A DNA stretch of 64,000 nt from Eledone cirrhosa (taxonomy: Eukaryota), in the NCBI GenBank assembly GCA_964016885.1, contig OZ024744.1, positions 16,244,001-16,308,000 on the forward strand, in the 5' to 3' direction. Positions 63,276-64,000 of this stretch are shown piece after piece (the first letter of the stretch is position 1; the number at the start of each line of letters is the position of its first letter). The notes below the pieces were generated by a model, which was not told the DNA's origin, searched no databases, and was given only the letters and a program-made list of their open reading frames with translations. The position numbers were made by a program, and so were the translations under genes.

Positions 63276-64000
63276 AAGGAAGTTGAAGGAGGAGAATATT
63301 AAAGAAGTTGGAAAAGGAGAGTATGAAGGAAGTTGGAGAAAGAGAATCTGAAGGAAGTTGGAGAAGGAGATTATGAAGGAAGTTGGAGAAGGCGAGTATG
63401 AAGGAAGTTGGAGAAGGAGCGTATGATGGAAGTTGGAGAAGGAGATTATGAAGGAAGTTGAATAAGGAGAATATGAAGGAAGTTGGAGAAGGAGAGTATG
63501 AAGGAAGTTGGAGAAGGAGAGTATGAAGGGGGCTGAAGGAGGAGAATATGAAGGAAATTGGAGAAGGAGAGTATGAAGGAAGTTGGAGAAGTAGAATATG
63601 AAGGAATTTGGGGAAGAAGGTATGAAGGAAGTTGGAGAAGGAGAGTCTGAAGGAAGTTGGAGATGGAGAGTATGAAGGAAGTTGAAGAAGGAGAGTATGA
63701 AGGAAGTTGGAGAAGTAGAGTATGAAGGAAGTTGGAGATGGAGTGTATGAAAGAAGTTGAATAAGGAGAATATCAAGGAAGTTGAAGAAGGAGAATATGA
63801 AGGAAGTTGGAGAAGGAGAGTATGAAGGAAGTTGAAGGAGAAGAATATGAAGGAAGTTGAAGGAGGAGAATATCAAGGAAGTTGGAGAAGGAGAGTGTGA
63901 TTGAAGTTGGAGAAGAAGAGTATGAAGGAAGTTGGAGAAGGAGAATATGAAGGAAGTTGGAGATGGAGAATATGAAGGAAGTTGGAGAAGGATAATATGA

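Larger units (their letters stand above)
1..64000 (+). repeat. 25-bp purine-rich tandem satellite array, consensus TATGAAGGAAGTTGGAGAAGGAGAG, ~2,560 head-to-tail monomers, running off both window edges
   Basis: The motif GAAGGAAGTTG recurs every ~25 bp from the first base to the last. Common variants are GAAGAAGGAGAATCTG, GAAGGAGGAGAATATG, GGATAATATG and GGAGCGTATG. Length variants include 22 bp, 24 bp (GGGGAAGAAGGTATG), 26 bp and one of 28 bp. No inversion or foreign sequence seen. Confidence 0.99.

Noticed and set aside
364-63876. All listed minus-strand ORFs (77-1343 aa) as protein-coding genes
   Set aside because: The repeat period of 25 bp is not a multiple of 3. ORFs overlap in all three frames with the same peptide. 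24- and 26-bp monomers shift frame freely, starts and stops are incidental variants, and no non-repetitive domain exists.
1-64000. CRISPR array (25-bp repeat length is in range)
   Set aside because: The monomers abut directly with no unique spacers. There is no leader, no palindrome and no cas gene.
1-64000. Shine-Dalgarno-like AAGGAG/AGGAGG just before an ATGA start-stop overlap in each monomer (apparent translationally coupled 17-aa peptides)
   Set aside because: This is expected by chance in an A/G-only repeat. The spacing is only 3-5 nt, the ATG is often mutated (CTG, CAG, ATC), and nothing indicates a prokaryotic context.
1-64000. Giant + strand protein under a TGA-recoding genetic code (Trp or Sec)
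   Set aside because: TAA and TAG variants (GAATAAGG, GGATAAT, GTTAGAG, AAGTAGA) are common, and frameshifting monomers are tolerated, so no frame is preserved.
1-64000. Telomerase-synthesised long telomeric repeat (G-rich strand; 25 bp like Kluyveromyces lactis)
   Set aside because: There is no sequence resemblance to known telomere repeats. Variants are inherited in multi-kb blocks, which indicates recombination or replication-based copying rather than templated addition. A subtelomeric location is not excluded.
1-64000. G-quadruplex array
   Set aside because: The consensus has only GG runs. G4-G5 runs (GGGGAAG, GGGGGAGG) are isolated and do not cluster as four G3+ tracts.
1-64000. Apparent enrichment of CpG among the rare C variants (GAGCGT, GAACGA, GGCGAG, GACGGACG)
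   Set aside because: G makes up ~44% of the strand, so a new C often precedes G, and counts are inflated by HOR duplication. No claim is possible without a formal test.
1-64000. Whole array being a sequencing or assembly artefact, or synthetic low-complexity sequence
   Set aside because: Hierarchical shared variants and copy-specific substitutions and indels form a consistent evolutionary pattern. Exact HOR copy numbers still need read validation.

Overview
The whole 64 kb window is one uninterrupted, head-to-tail satellite-DNA array. It is built from a 25-bp monomer, consensus TATGAAGGAAGTTGGAGAAGGAGAG (10 A, 11 G, 4 T, 0 C), with about 2,560 copies (64000/25), all in the same orientation. 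I see no genes, RNA genes, transposons, CRISPR spacers or unique sequence. The long minus-strand ORFs are an artefact: the reverse complement of the monomer has no stop codon in any frame, so 3 monomers (75 bp) give a 25-aa pseudo-repeat. The real information lies in the order of variant monomers, which defines nested higher-order repeats (HORs): ~11.8-12.0 kb (1-21.2 kb), a ~2.8 kb block re-copied at a 5.5 kb offset (21.2-24 kb), 449 bp (25.6-26.5 kb), ~3.2-3.4 kb (26-38.5 kb), ~2.6 kb (38.5-46 kb), 1598 bp (45.5-48.6 kb) and ~5.8 kb (51.6-63.3 kb). The two flanks share diagnostic variants that the central 24-51 kb lacks, which suggests layered expansion. The window is most likely eukaryotic (peri)centromeric, subtelomeric or interstitial heterochromatin, but organism and function cannot be determined from the sequence. 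I found no evidence of a new protein-coding system. Coordinates marked ~ were read by eye.
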